From: Ginglymostoma cirratum
Lineage: Eukaryota
Reading direction: 5' to 3'
Assembly: GCA_024137785.1 (NCBI GenBank)
Contig: JAHRHZ010000166.1
Location: forward strand, 1,009,367-1,059,735
DNA: 50,369 nt
The notes beneath the pieces are model-generated. The model was not told the origin of the DNA and made no database searches. It saw only the letters and a program-made list of their open reading frames with translations. The stretch's first letter is position 1; every line of letters starts with the position of its first letter. Of the stretch, positions 1-13,200 are shown one piece after another. The position numbers were made by a program, and so were the translations under genes.

Positions 1-99
1 GTCAAGGTGAATGCGTACCAATTCTGCTTATTTACTGTCACATACGTCTCAGTGAATTTCCCAGCCAGATCATTAATTTGTCCTCAAGGCTATGCACTT

Positions 100-660
100 T
101 TAACTTGGCTAAAAGTACTTTTCTAAAAAAAAACTAATAAAAATATTATTAAATATCTTCCTGAAGTCCTTATAAACAATATCCATAGTCATTACACTGA
201 ACACTACCTCAAACATTTCTTGAAAATTTTCGATGAGGTCTGAGAGTGATACATCAGTTTTGGTCCCATGCTGGCTATTCTGAATAACTGACATTTTTCC
301 TTTAGTTATCGCATCTCTAATTATAGACTCCAATAATTTGCTCACCACAGATGTTAGGCAAACTAGTCCTTAATTCCTTGTACTTTTTTCTCTTTTCCCT
401 TCATTATAAGCAGAATAACATGTGCAATTTCCGTTCCAGACAATGACCTGTGCAATTTTTCATTCCAGCTTGATGACTTCTGTATGTAACGAACTCTGAA
501 AATTATACTACAATGTGATCCGTTAGTTCCTTTTACACCCTTGAATGAAAAATAAGAGAACCTGGAGATTTGTCACTCTTTAATTCCATTAACTTCTTCG
601 TTACCACCTTTTTACTTAAGTTAGTGTTATTCAGTCTCTGTCTGGGATCCATTGTTAATT
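100..660 (-). mobile_element. Old CR1 LINE ORF2 (RT) fragment
   Basis: ORF 109..348 SKLLESIIRD...QHG...DIVYKDFRK matches degenerate CR1 RT motifs. Confidence 0.7.
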
Positions 661-1399
661 TCTTCGCGCTGGAGGCTAATCACAAGCTCCATACTTATGC
701 GAATATCTTTTGCACACTGCGTACTAACATCCAGCATGCACATTTATGGCTGAGCACAAATCAATGCTGTTTCTCATCCTACCATTAGAAGAACTTCAAA
801 TTATAAGCGATGTCACCTTTTTAACCATTAATTGGAAGTAGTGGAGTGCATTGCTACTTTCATATTCAGCTCGTCTGTTGTTTTAATGCCATCAACAATT
901 TTAATTGTTTTATGTATGACCCATACGAATTAATCTTCAACTGATTAATTTATATCAATGAGTGATAACAAGAATGAATTGTGCATGCATATCATCCTTT
1001 TGTTCTGGTTCCAGAAACCTAGCCAATAGCCTACTATGTAGTCGTTCCTACTTTCTCCGACTGTCCATTATGTGAAACACTCACACAACTCTTGTAAGTC
1101 CATAAAATATTGCACATAGTCTTTCCCTTCTATCAATATTATTGCTATTGTAGCATTCCTGATCAAGAAGTCACCCACATTTAGGAGCTATTAAATATGC
1201 ATTACAAATCTATGCCCCAAAGTGGATTTACGACCTTCCCATCAAGATCACTGAAAAAGGTAACAAATTTCATATGCCTTCAAGATAACGAAGATTTTTT
1301 TTTTTTAATCAGCCAGTTCAGATGAGCTATGACACACCTCCAGAACAGGTGAGACTAGAATGGCAGTAACAATATTACCACTGTGCCAATAAGCCTTTA

Positions 1400-1880
1400 C
1401 AAAGTAATTGCATTCTTGATGATTCTGTTGATAACATGAGGGTGGATAGGAGAATAACTTTCAAATGTTGCAAGGAATGCACAAATCGATGTGGTTAGAA
1501 CGGATAAATGAACATAAATTTGACAGATGCAGCATAGTACAAGTAAAAATGGGAACGTGTCCACATTGGTAGGATGTATAGTAAAGCAATTTAATGGAAG
1601 GAGTTTTCAGACTTCAGAGGGATGTCAGTGTACTGGTACATAAATCAATCAAATTTATTCTGAAGGTTCAGCAAGTCGTTGGATAGGCAAATGGATTGTT
1701 GATCTTCACTGCAAGTAGCGTGTTGTCCAAAAGTAGAGACTTTTTTTTGCAGTTTTACAGGCTATGTGTAAAACACATCTAAAGGACTCTGTCCAGATTT
1801 CTTCTCATTATTTATGAAATTATATACCTGAATTGGAGCAATTCAGTGAAGGCTCACTTGACTGATTACTGGGGTAACCT
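1400..1880 (+). mobile_element. Old CR1 LINE ORF2 C-terminal fragment
   Basis: Degenerate nucleotide similarity to better preserved CR1 copies in the window (RDLGVLV / KAN.MLAFI.RG / LQLY-type region). Confidence 0.55.
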
Positions 1881-2759
1881 GTTTCTCTGGTCATGCCCAT
1901 TTGGTCTGCGTCCACTGAGTAAAGACAATATCATTTCACTTCTTCAGTATATTTGAATGTGGACTTGGGCAAGTAGCTCATTGGTGTTCTCATTATGTTC
2001 TTCCATGACGTCGACATTTACAGTACATGTCTACATCTATGTATAAAAGGGAAGTTGGTTGTCCCTAATAGAAGAAGAAAAATATTTCTAATCAGGGTTT
2101 AGTCTGTTTTAACTAATACAGTTATAAGGCAAATGTATGAATTATGCATCTATGTTTAGAATTTTGTTATTTAAAATAATGAGCAATTCTTGTTGAGCAA
2201 ATAGAAATCCTAGCCCATGTGTTTCTTTTTAAATTGTAGGCCAAGAAGACAGTTATGTTGGACAGTTCATACCAGATGGTTTAAGTAACAGAGAGGAAAA
2301 ACAAACTCAACTTAATGTAGCCTATATACCGTTAACAAAAGCAGTGAAATGAAACTAATGACAACACATATACGATAACATTTACCCGTCCAGAACACCA
2401 AATGCACACTGGCTGAACTAAGGTGCAGGAACATCAACAAAAAAAAACAAAAAATGAACAAGCTGGTTCAGGATAATCAAATGTTAAATTAATTACGGAG
2501 TTCAGAAATCCAACTCATAACGTCCAGCCTTTCTGAACATTTTGTTTCTTTTTGTGATGACTTTATGCTGTAGTCTGTGGGTGACAGCTATTTTTTTAAT
2601 TTGATGACTGGTTAGGTGAAGTTACATTTGTAATATGCATATTTATTCCTCTAACTTGTAAATAGTTTTCTTTTTAACTGTTAATTACACACTGGAAAAC
2701 ATATTGCATCAAACCATGAAAACGATTTAAGAACTTGCAGTTTAAGAAATTGCAGTTTG

Positions 2760-3058
2760 GTTGGCCAGACAGCATTTATTGCCCATTCCTAATTTCCCAC
2801 AGGGCAGTTAAGAGTCAACCACATTGCTGTGGGTCTGGAGTCACGTGTAGTCCAAACCAGGCAAGGAGGGCAATTTCTTTCCCTAAAGGGCATTAGTGAA
2901 CCAGATGGGTTTTCCGACATTCCACAGTAGATTCATGGTCATCATCAGATTCTTAATTCCAGATATTTTTTAATTGAATTCAAATTCCACCATCTGCCGT
3001 ACTGGGATTCAAACCTACGTCCCCAGAACGTTAACTGGATCTCTGGATTAACAGTCCC
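2760..3058 (-). mobile_element. tRNA-derived SINE with LINE-like 3' tail
   Basis: B-box-like GGTTTGAATCCC on minus strand. The tail GGCAATAAATGCTG resembles the 3' end of the LINE at 16450-17990. A degenerate second copy lies near 3640-3885. Confidence 0.65.
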
Positions 3059-3148
3059 TCTGCTTAAACCTCCCTTTAAATTTTTATCAATACTTGAGAT
3101 TTTGATATTATTAAGTTGACTACAAAGGAGCTGAATTTTCCACTGGCT

Positions 3149-3470
3149 ATAGAATCCGTACAGTATTGAAACAGGCCCTTTGGCCCAACAAAGTCCACAC
3201 TGACAAATTGGCACATCCCACTCAGACCCATCACCCTGTAACCCACCTAATCTACACATCCCTGAACACTATGGGCAATTTAGCATGACAAATCCACCTG
3301 ACCTGCACATCTTTGGACTGTGGGAGGAAACCGGAGCACCCAAAGAAAACCCATGCAGACATGGGGAGAATGTACAAACTCCACACAGACAGTCGCCTGA
3401 AGATGGAATCGAACGCAGGTCCCTAATGCTGTGAGTCATCATTGTTAATCATTGAGCCACCATGCCACCC
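3149..3470 (-). mobile_element. HE1-like V-SINE
   Basis: tRNA head (GGTGGCTCA...GTTCGATTCC), V-domain core GTGTGGAGTTTG...CTCCGGTTTCCTCCCACAGTCCAAAGA, CR1-like tail GGGCCAAAGGGCCTGTTTC; homologous to copies at 25095 and 46683. Confidence 0.85.
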
Positions 3471-3919
3471 AGAAAATTATAGCAGAGGATGATTTTATGG
3501 GTGGCACATGAGCTCAATGTTGATTCCTCATTTGGAGGTCTGTGACGTTATTTCCAATTTCTCATCAAAATATCATCTTTAATCCGTTAACCACTTGCGA
3601 TTTTTCCATCATCAACATCAGTGTGATCTTCCTGTATTAGCTAGCAGAATCAAACATTTTGCTCTGGACATGGTGTCAAATGTGGACCAGGCAAGGCAAC
3701 GAAGGCCGTTGTCCTTCTCAAAAGGGGCTTCAATGAACCAGGTGGATTCTTACATCAATATGCATTAATTACACAGTCATTACATTGCAACCTGTGATGA
3801 TGGGATTAGATCTCATGCCCTCAGACAATTAGCCTCGAATCCTGGATCACTAGTTCTGTGATGTTATCACGATATCACTACTATTTCCATATTTAATTAA
3901 ATTTTAATTCAATTCAGGA

Positions 3920-3925
3920 TTTATT
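3920..3925 (-). promoter_or_regulatory. Candidate polyadenylation signal (AATAAA) of the VJ-C1 gene
   Basis: TTTATT on + strand; first AATAAA I found downstream of the predicted stop. The region is AT-rich, so a chance match is possible. Confidence 0.45.
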
Positions 3926-4193
3926 TAAGAATAAAAAAATGAAGAAACATGATACAAAAGATTAAATTTAAATTCATGAATTCTGACTGTGTGTCTATTC
4001 TTCTGGTTTTCTACATTCACATTTCAGACTAACGAGTATCAAGCTACGTCAGCACAAAATAACATTGATGTATATTTGCTTGAGATATCGCTTAATATTG
4101 TCCCTTACTGTTTGCTGAATGAAAAATTAAAACAGCAGTGTGAATGAACTTCCGTATCTTGCTTTGTTCGATGACTCAGCGTTTCATTTCCCA

Positions 4194-4232
4194 TCAGAGT
4201 TCTGCTGTAAATGCAAGGTGAGCATAAAGAGT
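4194..4232 (-). CDS. Exon 6: terminal exon [12 protein letters not shown] with TxYxxL (ITSM/ITIM-like) motif
   Basis: Strong acceptor attttctcccttag|, phase 0 matching exon 5, TGA at 4196-4194, AATAAA about 270 nt downstream. Confidence 0.7.
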   Translation of the reverse strand, partial: TLYAHLAFTAEL

Positions 4233-7200
4233 CTAAGGGAGAAAATATATGATATCAATAACCAATGAAAAATAGGAAATATCACTTAATTTCACCCCTC
4301 GTCTGGATCCGTCGACACATTAATTAATGGGGCCCGTGTTGAAGTTATAATATCAGTGCCTCTGGGCCTGAAAATCTGTTTTCAGGCCCCATATACACCA
4401 GATATGTGTCTGAACTCATTGTTTTAAATAACCAATAAGAAATTCACTAATTCCTCTGAACCAAATCGTTGAGTGACCGTGCTATGGAGCACAGAAATAA
4501 GGCCTTTCTGCCCATCAGTTTTATGCAAGTAAAAAATAAGCACTTCCAATTATTATAGCTCCATTTACCAAACTTTACCTCCAGGACTTATATACCTTTT
4601 AACAACAAGTGCACATCTAAACACTTCTCAGAATTTGCGAGGATTTCTATCTCCTCCACACTTACAGGCAACGGACTTGAGATTATCACCATACTCTAGG
4701 TGGAAAAGGTAAAGTCCTCAACCCTCCTCGAAACCACCTGCCTCTTATCTGAAATCTATGCCGCTCGTCATTTCTTCCTCCATGAAGGGAAGAAAAAAGT
4801 ATATTCCTGTCCACACTGTTTATGTCCCTTGTAACACTACATATTTTAATCATGCCCCTCCTTAAAAAAACTGTTTAAAGGAAAATAACCCCATCCTACC
4901 AAATCTGTCATCATAATCGAAGTGAAAGTTTTACTTCTGAACATGAAATATGAGTAAAATGCTTCAAATTCAATTTCCATCATCCTCAAACAACATATTT
5001 GAAAGGGTTCATATAAAATATCCGTAAACACAATGCTATGGAATTGAAAGCTAAACTTTCATCATTTAATGTAATGCCCAACTACAAATGTCTGTCACTT
5101 TCTCTTTGTAACAGATCAAAGATTATAAACATCCTAATCACAATTAACGCTTCTATTTTCCAGCGTTACACACAGGTACATTATTCAGAGCGATGTCAAT
5201 TTCCTCAAAGTTACTGATGTTGAGAATCCATAAAAATGTTCTCATATCTAGTCAGTTTGGCCAAAAATTTACACAACGTTGCTTTGGGTCATTCATCGTG
5301 GTTTTCTTTTAGACCCCTTATCATCAACAACAATCTGCCTTAAATAAAAACCAAAGGAACTTCGGATGCTGCAAATCAGAAACATGAACACAAGTTGCTG
5401 TAATAGCTCAGCAGATCTGGCAGAAAATGTGAAGAGCAATCAATGTTAGCATTTTGGGTTTGGTGAACCTTTCTCACAAATGGTGGTAGCAGGGAACATT
5501 GCGGTTTACATGCTGCAGGTAGGGTGCGGGGATCAGGTAAGGAGTCAATGATAGGTGGGAATAGAGCCCAAAGAGAGACAAAAGCATGTGGACAGACAAA
5601 GGCATAATAACGATCTGGCTACGAGGGTGAATTGCTGTTAATGGGTAACAATAGGTTCTGTGGAATGACAGAGCATGTGATAACAAGGCGCGGTATTTGG
5701 ACAAGGGAGTCAGAACATTGGAGAGTTCAGGCCCTAAAATTATTGAACTCGATCTTGTTTCTGGAGGGCTGCATTCCCCCAAAAGAAATTGAGATGCTAT
5801 TCTTCCAGCTTGCACCAAGGTTCTCGGGAACACTGTAGCAGGCCTGAGACAGGGATGTTAGAAGGAACAGGGTGGCGTGTTAAAGCAGACGTCAACTGGG
5901 AGGAAGTTCAGGGTCATTTTTGCAGGCAGGATGTAAATGTTTGGTGAAGCGGTCACGCACCCTCCGCTGCGTTTCCCCAATATAGAAGAGAGCACATTGT
6001 GAGCAGTAAATGTGGTAGACTGAGATAAAAGGTACTGCAGATGCTGGAGAATCCGAAGATAACAAAGTGTGGGGCTGGATGAACACAGCAGGCCAAGCAG
6101 CATCATAGGAGCAGGAAAACTTGACGTTTGGGGTCTAGACCCTTCATCAGAAATGGGGGAGGGGAAGAGGGTTCTGAAATAAATAGGGAGATGGGGGAGC
6201 CGGATAGAAGATGGATAGAGGAGAGGATAGGTGGAGGGGAGGCAGACAAGTCAAAGAGGCGGAGAGGGAGCCAGTAAAGGTGAGTGTAGGTGGGGGGTAG
6301 GGAGGAGATAGGTCAGTCCAGAGAGGACGGACGGGTCAAGGGGGCGGGATGATGTTAGTAGATCGGGGATGGGGGTGGGACTTGAGGTGGGAGGAAGGGA
6401 TAGGTGAGAGGAAGGACAGGTTAGGGAGGCGGGGTCAATTGGGCTGGTTTTGGGATGCGGTTGGGGGAGGGGAGATTTTGAAGCTTGTGAAATCCACATT
6501 GATACCATTGGGCTGCAGGGTTCCCAGGCTGAATATGATTTGCTGTTCCTGCAGCCTTCGGGTGGCATCACTGTGGCATTGCAGGAGGCCCAGGATGGAC
6601 ATGTCATCTGAGGAATGGGAGGGGGAGTTGAAATGGTTCGCGACTGGGAGGTGCAGTTGTTTGTTGCGAACTGAGCGCAGGTGTTCTGCAAAGCGGTCCC
6701 CAAGCCTCCGCTTGGTTTCCCCAATGTAGGGGAGGCCACAACGGGTACAGCGGATGCAGTATACCACATTGGCAGATGTGCAGGTGAACATCTGCTTGAT
6801 GTTAAAAGTCTTCTTGGGGCCTGGGATGTGGGTGAGGGAGGAGGTGTAGGGGCAGGTGTAGCACTTCCTGCGGTTGCAGGGAAAAGTACCGGGTGTGGTG
6901 GGACTGGAGGGGAGTGTGGAGCGGACAAGGGAGTCACGGAGAGAGTGGTCCCTCCGGAAAGCAGACAAGGGTGGGGAGGCAAAAATGTCTTTGGTGGTGG
7001 GGTGGGATTGCAGTTGGCGGAAGTGTCGGAGGATCATGCGTTGGATCCGAAGGTTGGTGGGGTGGTCCGTAGACTAGATTGTGTGAAGTGCAGGTGAAGT
7101 TTCTTCACTACCAGCAGTTCTGATGAAGGGTCACCGGACTCGAGATATTAGCTTTTATTTCTCTTCACTGACGCTGCCAAGACCTTCTGAACTTTTCAAG

Positions 7201-10200
7201 AAACTTTTGTTTTTGTTTCTGTCTTAAATTCTTACCCGAAATCTAACAATAATGACAATCTCTCTGCACTCACCTCCTTTTCTTTGTCACGATGTCTCGA
7301 ATCTGAGAAATTATATTTCTTGGCTCTATCAGCTAATACAAAGGGAAACATAAACATTTGCAGTTTCCACAATGAAATTTTGTTGATTATCGTATAAACA
7401 ACCACAGCAAAATAAAATCCAACAGCAATGTGATTAATTTTGACTAAAAACACAGGGACATCACGTCTTACCTGCGTTTTGGTTCCTGCAGCTCCATCTA
7501 ACAACTACAGTGGAAACTGCAAGGAGGAAAATCATCAGAATGGAACTTCCATAAAGCAAGAAAGGGCAAATCTGACCCCCTGGTTCTGAAAAAGTAGAAA
7601 TGTTACCATTAAAATTTTCATCACCCGAGATATCACAGTAATGCAGAAAGTTTAGGGAGAGGCATGAGCATTATTTCGAAACAATGATGGATTAGAACTT
7701 AACGTCTCACTGGAGGATTCCTCCTTAAGGTTCTTAAGACAAATTATGAAATGTTTTCTGCAACAATTGCAGTTGCCGCAAGACTTTAATTATCCAATTG
7801 AATGGTTTAGCAAAACATGATACTATCCACTGGACGTGTTTTAAACTGTCAAGAAATGTCATTAATTTTCCATCATTTAAGTTTACCAATAATCAAAACT
7901 CTCTTTTCAAACTTGGTTTAAAAACATTGAGCTCCAAAGCGTGAATGTCGAAAGTTTGTATGACTATTCAAGAGTTAATTACTTCTCTGTTTGAGAAGTT
8001 CTCAAAGGTCGAAACACCTTTACAATGCAGGTTTAAGGTAATCAGACACAGGCCATAGTTTAAATCAATGGAAGAAACAGTGATTTCAATGTCTGAGTTC
8101 ACAAATTAATAAATACATTTATGTCATTTTAGGTAGGTTGGACTAGCAATCAGTGACTTCCAGTTGGAAAACTTTAGAATTGCATAGAGTAGAAGCTACT
8201 GAGCACATCAGGAATGCACGGCTTAACTTAGAAGTTGGCTACAGGAAGAGAGTTCAGATTAAAATGTTAAATGGATGAAAAAAAGTAAAAGACAGATTTC
8301 AGTTAAGGAAAAACATACTTTATGAGAATACTGCTTCCGAGCGAATAATGTCAGCAGGAAACTGTGTCAAAAACAATGGTGTCAAACATTGCATGAAGGT
8401 CTGGAATACAGACAATGTTTAGAGACAGGGAATTGACAGACTCAGTTAGAAATGTTAGCAAACGTTATGCAAATAGTCCTTAATTAAACGAATCACATTT
8501 CGTCAGCCTTCCTGCACCTATGATGCTTACTGGCCTGCTGTGTTCATCAAGCTCTACACTTTATTATCTCGTATTCTCCAGCATCTGCAGTTCCTATTAT
8601 CTCTGAGGCTTTTGAAAATATTGGATTTTCCTGCCATTAATCAGAATCTGTCATGTTAGGTATCGAATGCATTTCCTATGTTTATGCTGTTAGAAGTACC
8701 TATATCATTTAGTGCTGCTAGCAGTACTCTTGGCTGAAGCTATTGAAATGCCACTGCAAAACGTGAGTACAGCTTATTTATTACCATAGATAGTGCATGA
8801 GGCTGACAAAAGGAGTAGGTCAGCATCAAAGTATTCGAAAGAGCAATGAGCATAGGAAGTGTTGAGAAGAGAAGAGTAGATAAAGAATACTCGGTGTCTG
8901 TAGAATTCACACAGAAGATAGAACATCGAACATAGAACATCACAGCACAGTACAGGCCATTTGGCCCTCGATGTTGCGCCGACCTGTGAAACCAATCTGA
9001 AGTCCATCGAAACTACACTATTCCATTATTATCCATATGTTTATCCAACGACCATTTAAATGCTCTTAAAGTTGGCGAATCTACAACTGCTGCAGGCAAA
9101 GCATTCCATGCCCGTACTACTCTCTGAGTAAAGAATCTTCCTCTGACATCTGTCCTATATCTATCACCCCTCAATTTAAAGCTATGTCCCCTCGTGCTAA
9201 ATGTCACCATCCGAGGAAATAGGTGTATGGCAGGGAGATTTACCAGGATGGTGGCTGGAGTGGAGGGCAGATTTGATGAGGAAACGTCAAGGGAGCTAGG
9301 GCTTTTGTCATTGGAGTGCAGAAGGATGAGAATTGAGTTAATCGAGGTGTACAAGATGATGAGAGGCATAGACAGAGCGGAGAGCCGGAGTTTTTTTTCC
9401 CCCAGGGTGGAAACGAGTATTATGAGGGGGCACAATTTTACTGTGATAGGAGGAAAGTGTAGGGGAGATGTTGGAGATAAGTTCTTTACACAGCGAGTGG
9501 TGGGTGCGTGGACTACGCTGCTGGTGGAGGAGTGGAATTAGATACAAGTGGAGTTAGGAATATTTAAACAACTCTTGGATATGCACATGGATGATGGGAA
9601 AATGTAGGGTTTGCAGGGGAGTTCGATCTTAAAATAGGATAATAGGTCGCACAACATAGTGGGAAAAGGGCCTGTACTGTGCTGTACAATTCTATGTTCT
9701 ATCTATGTTCTTTTGAGCTAAATCAGTGTTGCTTCTATTCACGCAGGGGATGCAGTAAAGGCACACACTAGTGATAACTATGAAATAATGAAATGAAATA
9801 ATTAAAATGCAGTTAGGAAATGGATAGAGGAGGAACAGAAGGATATAACTTGATTGGTTTTGGTGTGCTTCATTACAAATTTAATTGCAGAACAACTATC
9901 AAAATAACTGAGAGAATGTTAAATGAGACCACATAGTGTCTTGAAAAATAAGAAGTATAAAAAGGTGATAATAATTATCACCACATTATATTTGCAATTG
10001 TGCAGATAAAACCATGCTAAAAAAGAAGATACAATTGTTAGTGGATGTTAATTATTACGGTGAAAACAAATGTTTATTCAGGGATGTTAGAAGAAAGAAC
10101 TTTTGAATTTGTGAGAAATCAAGTACCCATCCACCTAACGACTTGCAACTGCATTAGAATGTGGATGGTTGGTAGTTTAACAAAAATGTTAGGAACATCG

Positions 10201-13200
10201 GTATCAGGAGCTGAATTCCGTGGGTGTCCTCAAAATCATTAACGTAGATAAGTCCCCAAGGTCAGATAATATCTATCCCAGGGTGCTGAAGAAGGCAAGA
10301 GAGGAGTTTGCCGAAGCCTTGACAGAGATCTTTGTAGCCCTTTTATCCATAAGCAATGCTAGAGAGGAACTTTGAATAGCTTGGGTTAATCCTTTGCTGA
10401 AGAAGGGACACAAGTATAATCCAGGAAAACATTGTCTGACAAGCCTTATAACATTGGAAGGAGAATTATTAAGGAAGATTGTTAGAGAGAGGGATTGATG
10501 TCAATTGGAGAAAAAAGGGAATTTGTTTGGGAAAGGCAGGATGGTGTTAGGCAGTCGTGCTGACAACACAGTATGGAGCTGGAGCAACACAGCAGGACAG
10601 GCAGCATCATAGGAGCAATAAAGTTGACGTTTAGGGTCGTGACCCTTCTTCAGAAATGGGGAGGTTGGAGGGAGCTTGGAAATAAATAAAGAGGAGGGGT
10701 GGGGCTGGAGAACCTAGGTGTGATGGTGAAAGGTGAGTGCAGGGAGGGAGTGTTGGAGATTGGTATGTGGGATAGGTAGGGCAGATTGGTGGAGTGTCCA
10801 TCTTCTCCCCCACCCAGGGAGATCAGAACACGGGAAAGGGGTATTTGGAAGGGTATGTGCACTCAGCACACGAGTCAAGACTTGGGAGTGTGAGCGACCC
10901 ATATCTGAATCTCCCTCTCTGATTCTCTATTCGCTTCCCGATTCTGTGCTCCTCTACGATTCGCTCTGTGTTTAACTTCTCTCCCACCAACTGCTGATTC
11001 TCTCCCCATCTATTTCTTTCTCCCTCTCTGATTCTCTCTTGTGTTTCCAATTTGGACCCCTCATATCCTGATTCTCTGCCGCTGAACTCCATTTTAAAAG
11101 TGCACTTCAATGCACAATTGGGTTTCTGCTCATGGAAATTTCTCCCTATGACATCGCACGAAAATGCTTCACCTTGACATAGTGTCTGGAACCCGCCGCC
11201 TTTGTGTTTTTGGTTCAGCACGCATCCGTAGCTGTGGGTGTCAACAAACATAGACTTAAATCTTAAAGACTTATGATCATTGTCATAAAAATGTACGGCA
11301 GCAGACATTTGCTACTCGCCTGGCTTCATTCTCTCAAAGATAGTAGGAACTGCAGATGCTGGAGAATCTGAGGTAACAAGGTGGCAAGCTGGATGGACAC
11401 AGCAGGCCAAGCAGCATCATAGGAGCAGGTAAGCTGACGTTTCGGGCCTAGACCCTTCTTCAAAAATTTTCTGAAGGGTTTACGCCTGAAACGTCAGCTT
11501 TCCTGCTGTTATGATGCTGCTTGGCCTGCTGTGTTCATCCAGCTCGCCACCTTGTTATCTCTCTTCTTTCTCTCAAACCAGCTTCTACTTGATCTCCTGT
11601 CTTGTGAGAATTTTTGTGTGCTCGCTGAAAAAAAAATCTCTCTTCAACATATATGAAGAACTTAGCTTGCTTTAAGAATTTCTCCATCCCTGTCAACATC
11701 TCATCATTTCCAATCATTTTAGCTCTATACCTCTGAGATTTTGTCTTAATATCTGTATGTGCATCGCTCCCTCACTTCTTGGATTTCTACACACCCCAAA
11801 CAAGGTGATTGTCACTTTTGCTTTAAGTTTTATGCATACGACCTCTTTTGAGGAAGTTTCCAAGGTATCACCCATCCTTTTTGGAGTTATTTATTCCTTG
11901 ATCAAAATAGCGAGATTACCTTTTCTTGTGTAGATCTCTCTTCACCCCATCTCGCCTGAATTGTCTATAATCTGGCATATTATGCCAATTTGCATATGCC
12001 TCCTTCAAACAAGTTCTGTCATAGAATTAACATCACATTCCCTTGCATTAATGAACAAACTCTATTCATATGATGGACACATGAAACTATTGTATCAAAT
12101 TAATGGCACTGAACATTGCCACGCTCCCTTCATTTTTTTTTAACTCGACTACATCCACACTGCCTTCTAGATTGACTTTGCTCATCTTGCAAGTTTGTTT
12201 TTACATTAGCCATTCCAGTACAGGCAATACATATCCCACTTAATAAAATTAGTTGAAGTCTCAACCAACCACAAGAGCAACCACCTTGCCACCTCACAAG
12301 TATGCGATTGGTTCCATTCAGCACATTTTGCTGTTGTTTCAGATTTCCAGCAAAGAACAGAGAACAATGAAAATTACAGCATACCAACAGATCCTTTGGC
12401 CCTCCAAACCTGCATAGACATGCTGCCCATCACAACTAAAACCCCTACCCTTCCGGGGACCGTACCCCTCTATTCCCATCCTATTCATTTATTTGTCAAA
12501 ACGCCCTTTAAACGTCAGCATTGCATCTATTTCCACTACTTCCCCTGGCAGCGAGTTCCAGGTACCCACCACCCTCGGTACAAACAAAAACTTACCAGGT
12601 ACATCACCTTTAAACCTTGTCCCTCGCACTTTAAACTTTTGGCCCCTGGTAACTGACTCTTGCACCCTGGGAAAAAAGCTTCTGACTGTCCACTCTCTCC
12701 ATGCCCTTCATAATCTTGTAAACCTCTATCAGGTCTCCCCTCAACCTCCGTCATTGCAGTGACAACAACCATTTTTCTCCATATTCTCCTCATAGTTAAT
12801 GCTCTCCCTACCGGGGAACATCCAGACAAATGTTTTCTGTACCCTCTCCAAGGCTACCACATCCTTATGTTGCCTTGTTAATGACGTTCTCCACCTGCAT
12901 TGCCACTTTCAGTTACCTGTGTACCTGTACACCCAAATCCCTCTGCAGATCAGTGCTCTTACGTGTTCTGCCATTTGTGTATATTTTCTGTCTGGATTAG
13001 ATCTTCCAAAGTACATCGCCTCATATTTTTCCAGATTAAACTCCATTTTCCATCTCTCTGCCCAAGTCACCTACCGATCTATATCCAGCTGTAACCTTTG
13101 AAGGTCCTCAACACTATCTGCTACCAACCTTTGTTCCATCAGCAAACTTACTAATCAGACCAGTAACATTTTCCTCCAAATCATTTATATATATTACAAA

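Noticed and set aside
3380-3470. tRNA genes (also 25095-25165 and 46900-46979)
   Set aside because: These A/B-box sequences are SINE heads that continue into SINE core and tail.
6251-7097. Long Pro/Ser- or Gly-rich ORFs overlapping PLEs (also 21435-22153, 26758-27540, 28434-29398)
   Set aside because: Alternative-frame or antisense readings of C-rich PLE sequence, not host genes.
8919-9710. Twin-primed (5'-inverted) single CR1
   Set aside because: Both halves contain the same FFTQRVV region and their own 3' tails, so they are two separate insertions.
10823-11308. 161-aa minus-strand ORF in intron 3 as an extra exon
   Set aside because: Partly a low-complexity CT/GA tract; no Ig motifs or clear phase-1 splice sites.
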